NCBI GenBank assembly: GCA_040222015.1
Contig: JAVJWO010000119.1
Coordinates: 1 to 27,351, forward strand
Reading direction: 5' to 3'
Length of the DNA stretch: 27,351 nucleotides
Source of the DNA: Coleofasciculus chthonoplastes F2-STO-03
GTDB lineage: Bacteria > Cyanobacteriota > Cyanobacteriia > Cyanobacteriales > Coleofasciculaceae
Shown: one piece after another, positions 1-8,675 of the stretch
Layout: every line of letters starts with the position of its first letter
Numbering within the stretch: position 1 is the stretch's first letter
Position numbers and translations under genes: made by a program
Notes under the pieces: generated by a model
Seen by the model: only the letters and a program-made list of their open reading frames with translations
What the model was told of the DNA's origin: nothing
The model's database searches: none

Positions 1-42
1 GGTTATCGTGCAAGCTAAGCCGAACTATTAAGTATGTTCAGC

Positions 43-69
43 GTTCGACTGAGCGCTCACGCCGAAGTC
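43..69. mobile_element. 27-bp small dispersed repeat (SDR)-like hairpin insert
   Basis: GTTCGACTGAGCGCTCACGCCGAAGTC interrupts the 3' arm of an inverted repeat (CAAGCTAAGCCGAAC ... GTTCAGC|TTAGCTTG) that otherwise matches at 14/15 positions. Confidence 0.5.
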
Positions 70-102
70 TTAGCTTGTTTGATGACTTCAGGGCTACTAA
101 AA

Positions 103-133
103 ACCCAGACCTCAGCTCTTAGCAGGTCTGGGT
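103..133. terminator. Stem-loop, possible terminator
   Basis: 10-bp inverted repeat ACCCAGACCT ... AGGTCTGGGT, with an A-run on the left (U-tract on the minus strand). Confidence 0.4.
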
Positions 134-158
134 AGTTTATTCTAATAAAATTATATCT

Positions 159-734
159 ATGACTCAAGCTCAAGTAAGATTTTTCAGCTTTGATGACTAT
201 CTGTCCTATAATGACGGGACAGACAAGCTATATGAATTGTATAACGGAAAGCTGATCGAAGTGCCACCAGAATCAGGAGAAAACGTTAGCATCGCGACTT
301 TTTTACTCTTGCAGTTTGTTCCTCTCGTCGGTTACTGGCGGGTGAGAAGTCACGGATTGGAACTGGAAGTGCGCGGAGAACCCAGAAATCGCTACCCAGA
401 TTTAACAATTATTCGAGAAGAACATATCCCCCAACTACAGCGCCGCAATACAATCCGGCTCTCTATGCTTCCCCCTTTGTTGGTGATTGAAGTCGTTAGT
501 CCTGGTGAACTCCAGCGCGATCGCGACTACATTGCCAAGCGGCGACAGTACGAAGATCTGGGCATTCCTGAATATTGGATTGTAGACCCTCAAGTTCAAT
601 CCGTGATCGTGCTAAATCTACAGGATCAAGTTTACCAGGAGGTGGGCATATTTCAGGGAAATAGCCGAATTGTCTCACCCACGTTTCCCGAACTGAATCT
701 CACCGCTGAAACTCTGTTGAACGCAGGTCATTGA
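159..734 (+). CDS. Uma2 (DUF820) family putative PD-(D/E)xK endonuclease
   Basis: YELYNGKLIEVPPES, YPDLTI, LVIEVVSPG, RDYIAKRRQYEDLGIPEYWIVDP, IVSPTFPELNLT motifs. Confidence 0.93.
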   Translation: MTQAQVRFFSFDDYLSYNDGTDKLYELYNGKLIEVPPESGENVSIATFLLLQFVPLVGYWRVRSHGLELEVRGEPRNRYPDLTIIREEHIPQLQRRNTIRLSMLPPLLVIEVVSPGELQRDRDYIAKRRQYEDLGIPEYWIVDPQVQSVIVLNLQDQVYQEVGIFQGNSRIVSPTFPELNLTAETLLNAGH

Positions 735-866
735 ATCAGCGGTAGGTAACTCTTAACCAAGAATAGGAAATTCAATTTAAGCTCAGTTCTCTAGCCTAAT
801 GTATCTAATAGAACAACTTACCCGTGGTAAAATACGTTATAGTAAGATAATATTTACAACATCATA

Positions 867-1107
867 ATGGATTTAGAATCAATGCAGCCAATAACTACAA
901 AAATTTTTGAACTTGAAGATACACTCAAGTCTTGGGATGCTCACTATTATCAACCCCTTGCCCAGCACTATTACGATCAAGCTATTCCCACAATGCTAAA
1001 GTTAATGGAAGTGGAACCAGGGGCAACAGTACTCGACGCTGGGTGTGGACCTGGAGTACACAGTATTCGAGTAGCTAAAGAAGGCTACCGTGTTTGTGCG
1101 ATCGATA
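867..1107 (+). pseudogene. 3'-truncated class I SAM-dependent methyltransferase
   Basis: Motif I VLDAGCGPG and second strand RVCAID are present; the frame then runs antisense into the antiporter 3' end. Only ~80 codons of the fold remain. Confidence 0.75.
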
Positions 1108-2766
1108 CTAATCATCTTCCAATTTTAACAACAGCTCATCAATCCGTTTAATTCGCTCTTGTACTACGGCTTCAGACAAAATCCGCTTACGCAAGGCGTC
1201 TGTTAACGCTCCTTTTTCTGCCAAAAGTAATTGCCGACGAATGGCTTCTAGTTTCGTGCGATCGCTCCGATTTTCTGGTGAGTCTTCTGAACGCTGATTA
1301 TAGATTTCCCGCAAGGTTCTATCAGCCGTGGCGACTCGCAGTTGATAGGATGCTCGCATTTCTTCATAAATCGATTTAGGTAATACCCCAGCTTTCAAAA
1401 GACTGTCTAATTCATCTTGTGCAGCTTTAGCCGTCATCAATTGAGCTTGCAATTCTTCAATTTGCTGATAGGATTTTGAACGATAAGATAACTTCAAATG
1501 CCGTACCACCCACGGTAAACTTAATCCCTGTCCCACCAGAGAGAACAAAACAATTCCTAGAACGATAGCCAGCAGCGTCTCCCGCCCGGGCAAATCAGCA
1601 GGTAGACTCAAGGCGAGGGCGGTGGAAAGTGAGCCTTTAATATTACCTGCCAAAAGGATATGTCGCCAACGCATCGGAATCGGTTTGTCAAAAAAACGGA
1701 CGAAGGCTAACAACGGATAAACCGTGAGCAAACGCCCAACTTGATAGGCAATAAAGGCTAAAAGTATAGCGGGTAAAGTTTGCCAAATGGTAATGATGTT
1801 TATCTCTAAGCCAATCAGCAAGAAAATAAACGTATTCACCCCAAACCCAGCATATTCCCAGAAGCTAAATAACGTCACTTGATTCGAGGCTGATGTCACC
1901 TGGGAATGCTCAAAATTCCCGACAATAAGTCCGGCGATTACTACAGCAACCACACCCGACACATGCAGAAACTCTCCCGCTTGGAATGCGCCTAAAGCCA
2001 GAGCCACAGTGAGCAAAAGTCCGCCCAATGGATCATCGGTTTGGCTCAATAATCCAATACTTAGATATCCTAACGCCGCGCCGACTAAAGCACCGCCAAT
2101 TAACACGAATAAAAATTCTTGAACCACATCCAGCGCGGATAAGCCTCCTGTTTCATGAATTGTCAAAATTAGGCTAAATAAGACCAAGGCGACATCATCA
2201 TTGAGTAGACTTTCTCCCTCAACCAGAGTCACCAGTCGGTGAGGAACCGAAACTTCTTTAAATACGGCAATTACTAAAGCCGTATCGGTAATGGATAAAA
2301 TCACACCCACCATCGCGGCGGGTATCCAATCAATTCCTAATTCAAGTCTCAATAAAACTGAAGTAATTCCCGAACAGATCAATACACCGGGTCCTGCGAG
2401 TAAAGCAATCGGTTTAATCGTGCTGCGGAGGCGGGAAATATCGGTATTAATTGCCGCTTCAAACAGGAGAATCGGTAAAAATAGATTAAAAATCAGCGCC
2501 GAATCCAACCCGATGCGACTGGGTAAGAGTTCCGTAATCGCTAATCCGGCTAACACTAAGCCTGTGATGTACGGGATGCGGAATCGTCGCGAAATCAACG
2601 CCACGCCTGTAGCGACTAATAACAGAATAATCAGAAAACTGACGACTTCTGCCACATTCCCCTTATCCTCGCTGACAGGAACAGCCAGGAGGATGCGATC
2701 GCTAAACCATTGCCCAGGTTTTGTTAATCTTAAACTGGTGATGCTATTTGTGATTAGTAAATTCAC
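1108..2766 (-). CDS. CPA1 family Na+/H+ antiporter (NhaP/NhaS-like)
   Basis: Multiple TM helices, FLPILLFEAA, ITDT, VEGESLLND, FWEYAGF and a soluble C-terminal tail. Start placed at GTG 2766, which overlaps the upstream TGA (GTGA). Confidence 0.9.
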   Translation of the reverse strand: MNLLITNSITSLRLTKPGQWFSDRILLAVPVSEDKGNVAEVVSFLIILLLVATGVALISRRFRIPYITGLVLAGLAITELLPSRIGLDSALIFNLFLPILLFEAAINTDISRLRSTIKPIALLAGPGVLICSGITSVLLRLELGIDWIPAAMVGVILSITDTALVIAVFKEVSVPHRLVTLVEGESLLNDDVALVLFSLILTIHETGGLSALDVVQEFLFVLIGGALVGAALGYLSIGLLSQTDDPLGGLLLTVALALGAFQAGEFLHVSGVVAVVIAGLIVGNFEHSQVTSASNQVTLFSFWEYAGFGVNTFIFLLIGLEINIITIWQTLPAILLAFIAYQVGRLLTVYPLLAFVRFFDKPIPMRWRHILLAGNIKGSLSTALALSLPADLPGRETLLAIVLGIVLFSLVGQGLSLPWVVRHLKLSYRSKSYQQIEELQAQLMTAKAAQDELDSLLKAGVLPKSIYEEMRASYQLRVATADRTLREIYNQRSEDSPENRSDRTKLEAIRRQLLLAEKGALTDALRKRILSEAVVQERIKRIDELLLKLEDD

Positions 2767-3143
2767 TCTTGGCTCAATCCCGTATCTTTCATGTAACTTA
2801 ATAGCCAATTGGCAGCAGTGGCTCGACGTGTCTGACTGGGACCAAATTCGCCAATTTTATAGCCTTGAAATCCTAACTGTTCTTTCAACAACTGTTTGTT
2901 TTCCTTGGGAATTGAACGAGTCAGTTTCACGGTGGCTGGACGACTCTCAATAAAATTGGGCGGTTCTGGATAGTCCTGTTGCCATTCTGGAGGTACGTTG
3001 GTACAATCCCATTGGTTTGTTTGTTGGTCATAGCGATACCCCAAATAGTGCCAGACAAGCTGATTTACGGTATCATCATCCAGTTCTTCGTTCAAGATTT
3101 GCCAAAGAGTTTCGGTATTGAGTGGAGGAATTTGAGACATCAT
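2763..3143 (-). CDS. DUF1823 family conserved cyanobacterial protein
   Basis: VNQLVWHYLGYRYD, YPEPPNFIESRPATVKLTRSIPKENKQLLKEQLGF, TRRATAANWLL. Confidence 0.85.
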   Translation of the reverse strand: MMSQIPPLNTETLWQILNEELDDDTVNQLVWHYLGYRYDQQTNQWDCTNVPPEWQQDYPEPPNFIESRPATVKLTRSIPKENKQLLKEQLGFQGYKIGEFGPSQTRRATAANWLLSYMKDTGLSQE

Positions 3144-3175
3144 TTCAATAATTTTGAATTGTGAATTTTGAAGGT

Positions 3176-3239
3176 GTAGGGGCGGGTTTGACTACTATCG
3201 TTTTTGACCTCACCCAGATGCGACTAAATCCGCCCCGAC
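3176..3239. repeat. REP-like element (GTAGGGGCGGGTTT...AAACCCGCCCCTAC family), copy 1
   Basis: Inverted 14-bp ends around a variable ~36-bp core; five copies in the window. Confidence 0.8.
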
Positions 3240-3532
3240 TTGACCTTCGCTTTTCGGGCATAGTTTTGAGTGGCTATTTGGCACTAGCTATTGATGATAA
3301 TGTTACCTCAAAATCGGTTCTTCTGGAGTCGGATAGTGTTGAGTGTAGAGACATAACCGGGTACGTCTGGTGATGAGTCACTCCTAAGCAGAAGGCTTGG
3401 CTAACAGGACTTGTGTGTGCCTGATACCGATTTTGCCAACAAGCAAGATAGAATATAATAGATGTACTCACATTGATGTATAATCATATCAGCAATATTG
3501 TCTCTTTTGCAAATTTGTTACTCTTCCATAAA

Positions 3533-3688
3533 ATGGCTAACTCAAAAAATGCAATTATTGAGGATTATTTAAACTGTCGCCAGCGGGTTTTATCTGAGCT
3601 GTCTTCTCAGGAGTTATGGAATATTTCCAATAAATCCATTGAATTAATTAATGGCATAAGCCAAGTCTTGAAAAGTTATGATTTATAG
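3533..3688 (+). CDS. Possible small hypothetical protein (51 aa) at the start of the AT-rich R-M segment
   Basis: ATG-initiated ORF MANSKNAIIEDYLNCRQR...; no recognised motif. Confidence 0.2.
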   Translation: MANSKNAIIEDYLNCRQRVLSELSSQELWNISNKSIELINGISQVLKSYDL

Positions 3689-3838
3689 AACACCTGTAAT
3701 ACTTCTAAAAGAGGCAAAGACTTTTTTTTATGCCAATTCTGTTAATAAACTATTTTAAACTTCTTGAATTGACAAATATAATAACCCCATTTAGGGTACA
3801 ATATTCCTGTTAGAGATTATTGGTTGTGGACAGCAAAA

Positions 3839-4730
3839 ATGGCATCGACAAATAAGAGAAAAAATAAATCCCACAAGCTAGTCAAACCCTTTTTAAAGTG
3901 GGCGGGAGGTTTTAAAGTGGGCGGGAGGTAAAAGACAGCTAGTTCCAGTAATTCGAGAAAACCATTTACCTAAGAATTACGATCTAAATCGGCATACCTA
4001 CTATGAGCCTTTTGTGGGTGGAGGAGCGCTCCTTTTTGCCCTGCAACCCAAAAAAGCTGTGATCAATGATTGTAATGCAGAACTGATGAATTGTTATAAA
4101 GTGATCAGGGACTCGTTAGATGAACTCATGAATGATTTAAATAATCATGAAAATGAAAAAAATTACTATTATGCGGTTAGAGATTGGGATCGTGATAAAA
4201 GTTTTGAAAATAAGACTTCAGTCGAGCGAGCTTCAAGAATTATTTTTCTGAACAAAACCTGTTATAATGGTCTATTTAGAGTGAATTCTCAAGGTCAGTT
4301 TAATGTGCCTTTTGGTAGATACAAAAAACCGAATATTTTAGAAGAAGCTGTGTTAAAAGCCGTCAGCCAATATTTAAACACCAACCAAGTAGAACTGTTA
4401 AATCGAGATTTTAAAGATGCTGTTCAAGGAGCAAATAAAGGAGATTTTATTTACTTCGATCCACCTTATGATCCCATTTCCGATAGCGCTTCATTTACAG
4501 GCTATGATGTCAATAAATTTAATCGAGATGAACAAAGGAGATTAAAAGAAACAGTTGATGAGTTAAACTGTCGAGGTTGTAAGGTTTTACTCAGTAATGC
4601 TTACACAGATTTTATTGTCGATTTGTACCGTGACTACAACCACACTAGAGTATCTGCGATTAGAGCGATAAACTCAAATCCCAGTAAAAGAGGTAGAGTG
4701 GATGAAATTTTAGTAAAAAATTATGAATAA
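3839..4730 (+). pseudogene. dam: Dam/DpnM-family (GATC-type) DNA adenine methyltransferase, frameshifted by a 19-bp tandem duplication
   Basis: Removing one copy of TTTTAAAGTGGGCGGGAGG restores a 290-aa frame: KPFLKWAGGKRQL...YYEPFVGGGA...FLNKTCYNGLFRVN...FIYFDPPY. Confidence 0.88.
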
Positions 4731-4920
4731 TTCACGAGAAGAAACTGAAAAAACGAAGAATGATGTAGCTTGGGAGAAAATTATCTTCAGAAAGCTCCGT
4801 GCTAAGTTGTGCTTTTAATACAGGTATTATAGCTGATTTACTAGATGACGGAGAAGTCCATTATACAGTTTCAGGTAGAATGTCCACAGGTAATTTATGT
4901 TTTTTCATCAACAATACTGG
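4723..4920 (+). pseudogene. Remnant of a putative type II restriction endonuclease (internal deletion plus 3' truncation)
   Basis: ATG overlaps the methylase end. N-terminal TKNDVAWEKI is joined out of frame to SSESSVLSCAFNTGIIADLL...TVSGRMSTG, segments I recall from REase genes paired with Dam methylases (not searched). Confidence 0.6.
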
Positions 4921-4958
4921 CTCTCCAGTAATCATGGTGATAAGTTTTCTTAATAAAA

Positions 4959-4983
4959 GTAAGGTGGGCAATGCCCACCCTAC
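4959..4983. repeat. Short REP-like palindrome GTAAGGTGGGCAATGCCCACCCTAC
   Basis: Near-perfect palindrome ending in CTAC. Confidence 0.7.
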
Positions 4984-5010
4984 TAAAGACGCGATCGCGG
5001 ATTGGATTCC

Positions 5011-6663
5011 TTACTGCCAGACAAACACTTTGGCTTCGTATCCGCCAATGTCAAGAGTTAAATTGTTATCGCGGGCTTCCACCTCATAGTTACCTGTCCA
5101 TTCGTGCCAAATGCCATTCTCCGGAAAATTGGAAAGAGTATATTCAGCGAGGAAATTATCAGAAAAATTGGCAACGACAGCAACACGAGAGCCTTCACCA
5201 TTCCAGCGCACATACGCCAGAACTTTGGCGTCTGCATCTTCAAAGAAGAAATTAATGTTCTCTGCATAGAGAGCCTGATTGTTTTCTCGCAGTCCGATCA
5301 ACCCTTTATAGTAGTCACACAAAACGCGATTATTATCATTACTTAGTAATTGCCAATTAATCTTTCTCGATTCCATAGATTTCGGCTTATATTCCCCAAA
5401 CTCTTCACCCATCCACAGTAAGGGAATACCGACTGCTGTCATTAACAAAACTACCCCTAACTTGAGCCGTTTGAAAGCTTCTTCATCAAAGATTTCCCGA
5501 TTGGCTAACTCAACCATCAGGCGTTCGTGATCGTGGTTAGTTAGGTAATTTACAACATTAGTCGCTCCCAGGTAGCCTTGACGCTTACAATCAATCACAT
5601 CCTTAAGAGATTCTAAGTCAAACCTGTCACCGCAGATATGAGGTTTGACCGTGTGATAAAAGCTATCATGCCAGCAACCATCCATCGGTCCATCAACATT
5701 GGTGATGCTAGGATTTTCGGGGATGTATTCAGCCACGTTGTAAAATGGCTTTGCCTCTGCCGTTTTTTTAGTCTCTTGGACAATCCAATGCATAAAATCG
5801 TAGCTAGCCATTTGTCGCGCAGCGTCGTAGCGAATGCCATCAATATGATATTCAGTGATCCAGAAACGAACCACATCACCGATAAACTTACGCGCTGGGT
5901 AAGTCTCTAGATTTTTGTCGTAATGTTCGTAGTTAAATTCAGGTCCCCAGTTGTTATCTGGGTCACGGGGAGCGTGATGATACCAGTAATCATGGTCAAT
6001 TTGGGTGAGAGGGCTTTCCGCTTCTGAGTGATTGTAGATACCGTCCATAATCACCCGAATTCCTCTGGCATGACACTCATCGATTAGATGTTTCAATTCA
6101 TCTGTCGAACCATAGCTGGACTCAGTAGCAAAGAAGTAGCGAGGATTGTACCCCCAACTGTAGTCACCGGGATATTCTTTGATAGGCATTAACTCAATGG
6201 CGTTAATTCCCAATTCCACCAGATAATCTAACTTTTCAATAACATGCTGGTAATTCCCCCGTGGATAAGCATCATCTTCGCCACCAGAAAAGTCACCGAC
6301 ATGCATTTCATAGATGACTAATTCATGGTCAGGAGGTAGGGGTTTATCATCATGCATCCAAACGTAAGTATCGACGATGCGTTCTCCATCTTTGATCCGC
6401 ACGACGCAGTTTTGAGTCGGATCTTCAATATCGGTAGCGTAGGGATCATTGACATCTACCCATTGATCGGCTTCAAAAAACCAAGATTTGGATTGAACCC
6501 GGAATTTGTATTTATAAATACCATCTTCAAGTTCAACGGACGTGCGAAAATACCCCTGCTTATCTTTCTCCATGGGAATTTCTTCCCAATTTGAGAAACA
6601 GCTAACCAATGAGGCTCCTTCGTTGTAAGGAGCAAATAAAGCAAATTCAATAGGAGCAGCCAT
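5011..6663 (-). CDS. GH13 alpha-amylase family glycoside hydrolase with N-terminal CBM48/early-set domain
   Basis: IYEMHVGDF, LGINAIELMP, SWGYNP, DGIYNH, DGIRYDAA (nucleophile), VAEY, YLTNHDH. Confidence 0.93.
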   Translation of the reverse strand: MAAPIEFALFAPYNEGASLVSCFSNWEEIPMEKDKQGYFRTSVELEDGIYKYKFRVQSKSWFFEADQWVDVNDPYATDIEDPTQNCVVRIKDGERIVDTYVWMHDDKPLPPDHELVIYEMHVGDFSGGEDDAYPRGNYQHVIEKLDYLVELGINAIELMPIKEYPGDYSWGYNPRYFFATESSYGSTDELKHLIDECHARGIRVIMDGIYNHSEAESPLTQIDHDYWYHHAPRDPDNNWGPEFNYEHYDKNLETYPARKFIGDVVRFWITEYHIDGIRYDAARQMASYDFMHWIVQETKKTAEAKPFYNVAEYIPENPSITNVDGPMDGCWHDSFYHTVKPHICGDRFDLESLKDVIDCKRQGYLGATNVVNYLTNHDHERLMVELANREIFDEEAFKRLKLGVVLLMTAVGIPLLWMGEEFGEYKPKSMESRKINWQLLSNDNNRVLCDYYKGLIGLRENNQALYAENINFFFEDADAKVLAYVRWNGEGSRVAVVANFSDNFLAEYTLSNFPENGIWHEWTGNYEVEARDNNLTLDIGGYEAKVFVWQ

Positions 6664-7069
6664 TTATTTGAGCCCCTTAGGGTAAAATAAGGATTGTTTA
6701 AACATGATGCTTATCGTAAGCGGTATTTTCCAGAGATAGCTATCTAGCGGAAGATAGATATTGCCATCCATATCTGGTTATTTCGATCATGCAGGCAAGC
6801 TGCACGAAACATTAAACACAAAGCCGTTGTTGAATACGGTCAAAATTAATCAAGATACCCACGGACTGTGGGGAATCCAAACGCCATCGGTTTGGTAACC
6901 AAACCCCTCGATACACCCGACTGGAGGATATACTTTGTTCAAGTCTTAAGTAATATAAATAAGTGAGGACAAGTTTACCTCCTGACTGGCGGCATTGCCT
7001 GACCGTTCTCACCCGCTAACGATGGACTGTAGTGTCAGCTCCCAGTACTTCCAGCATCAGAACACAACT

Positions 7070-8521
7070 ATGGCATCCTCTGACTCCCAAACATCTATCC
7101 CTGAACCTTCAAACCAAGAGTGGGAATCCTCAGATTCTATTATCTCTGAGGCAGACCAACCCATACGAAAATCATCACCCACGCCGAAATTATGGCTGGG
7201 ATTGTTACTCACCCTGTTAGTTTTCGGCGGTGGTGGTTGGGCAGCTTGGCGTTTTTTACTGCAAAATAACTCACCCCCAACTGCTCAGCAACCTCCACCT
7301 ACCCCGGTAAAACTGGAGCAAGTAAAATCAAGTACCCTGGAAAACAGTTCTCAGTTTGTGAGTACCTTAGAGGCGGAACAAAAGGTGGAATTGCGACCTG
7401 AAACCGCTGGTCGAATTACCCGAATCGTTGCTTCATCCGGCGATCGCGTGCAAGCTGGAGATATAATTCTACAACTGAAGCCAGAACGAAGTGAAGCGGA
7501 ACTCAGAAGTGCGATCGCGGATGTGAATGCCCAAACCGCTACCCTGAATAATGCTCAAGCCGAAGTGAGAGCCGCTCAAGCTGACATTGCCCGTCTCAAA
7601 GCCGAAGTGGGGCGCCAAGCCGCCGAAGTGCAAAGCCGAGAAGCAGACTTAGAACTAGCGCGGGTGAACTATCAACGGGCTGAACAGTTGGTAGATCAAG
7701 GGGTTCAACCCAGACAAGAACTCGATGATAAAAAACGCGATCGCAATCAAGCCATCGCCGCCCGTGACGCCTCCGCCCAAGCCTTATCCGCCTCTAAGGA
7801 AGCCCTGAATGTGGCACAACAACGAGTCCAAGCCGCCCAAGCCACGGAAGCCAGAGTCGCCGCGAACCTGTCTAGTGCTAGGGCGGATGTGGAGGTTAAG
7901 CAGGAAGAATTGCAATTTAATCGCGTTGTCGCCCCCATTGATGGGGTGGTTGGGGATATTCTCGTCAAAGTGGGAGACTATGCAAACGTGGGTGATACCC
8001 TCACCACCATTACTCAAAACCAAACCTTAGAAGTCGAAATTCCCATTGACGAACAGCAAAAAGAGAGGATACGCCAGGGACTCACCGTTGAACTACGGAA
8101 CCAAGGTATCCCGGACACTGAACCACCTATTGCCACAGGGCGGATTAGCTTTATTTCACCACAAGTGACTAAAAATACCCAAACCCTCTTGACAAAAGCC
8201 ACATTTTCCAATCCAAATGGTCGCCTGTACGATCAGCAGAAAGTGGATGCACGAGTCATCTGGGAAAAACGTCCGGGTGTGTTAATTCCCGTCAATGCTG
8301 TATCGCGTCTGGCGGGGAAACCCTTTGTCTTTGTCGCCCAACCGCCAGAGGAAGCCAAACCGGGCGCCCCTGAACTCATCGCCCAGCAACGACCGGTAAA
8401 ATTAGGTGATATTCAAGGGAATCGATACCAAGTTATCGAGGGGATTGAACCGGGCGATAGAATCGTTGTCTCCGGTATCCTTAATTTATCTGATGGCGCT
8501 CCGATTATTCCAGATTCTTAG
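7070..8521 (+). CDS. RND efflux periplasmic adaptor (membrane fusion protein, AcrA-like)
   Basis: N-terminal TM anchor, lipoyl halves (GDRVQAGD; APIDGVVG..VKVGDY), long coiled-coil hairpin, directly upstream of an RND permease. Start could be 7022 or 7070. Confidence 0.93.
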   Translation: MASSDSQTSIPEPSNQEWESSDSIISEADQPIRKSSPTPKLWLGLLLTLLVFGGGGWAAWRFLLQNNSPPTAQQPPPTPVKLEQVKSSTLENSSQFVSTLEAEQKVELRPETAGRITRIVASSGDRVQAGDIILQLKPERSEAELRSAIADVNAQTATLNNAQAEVRAAQADIARLKAEVGRQAAEVQSREADLELARVNYQRAEQLVDQGVQPRQELDDKKRDRNQAIAARDASAQALSASKEALNVAQQRVQAAQATEARVAANLSSARADVEVKQEELQFNRVVAPIDGVVGDILVKVGDYANVGDTLTTITQNQTLEVEIPIDEQQKERIRQGLTVELRNQGIPDTEPPIATGRISFISPQVTKNTQTLLTKATFSNPNGRLYDQQKVDARVIWEKRPGVLIPVNAVSRLAGKPFVFVAQPPEEAKPGAPELIAQQRPVKLGDIQGNRYQVIEGIEPGDRIVVSGILNLSDGAPIIPDS

Positions 8522-8550
8522 TCATTTGTCATTTGTCATTTGTCATTTGT
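8521..8550. repeat. Heptamer short tandem repeat (GTCATTT)x4
   Basis: Direct reading; typical cyanobacterial STRR. Confidence 0.85.
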
Positions 8551-8568
8551 TTGTTCCCTTTGCACCTA

Positions 8569-8632
8569 GAAGGGCGGGTTTAGTAAAATTGTCAATGTGT
8601 TGCTATACGTTATCGGTAAAACCCGCCCCTAC
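8569..8632. repeat. REP-like element, GGGCGGGTTT...AAACCCGCCCCTAC family, copy 2
   Basis: Same inverted ends as 3176-3239. Confidence 0.8.
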
Positions 8633-8633
8633 A

Positions 8634-8666
8634 TCCCTGTTGCCTGTTGCCTGTTCCCTGTTCCCT
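8634..8666. repeat. Heptamer tandem repeat (T[G/C]CCTGT)n
   Basis: Direct reading; the same unit recurs at ~12287-12315. Confidence 0.8.
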
Positions 8667-8675
8667 AAAATTTAA

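Noticed and set aside
2767..2808. ORF-track N-terminal extensions (antiporter from 2808; also 6995, 11974, 20499, 25941)
   Set aside because: Downstream starts fit stop-start overlaps, RBS position or family N-termini better.
2291..2953. 220-aa plus-strand ORF
   Set aside because: Antisense shadow of the antiporter and DUF1823 genes.
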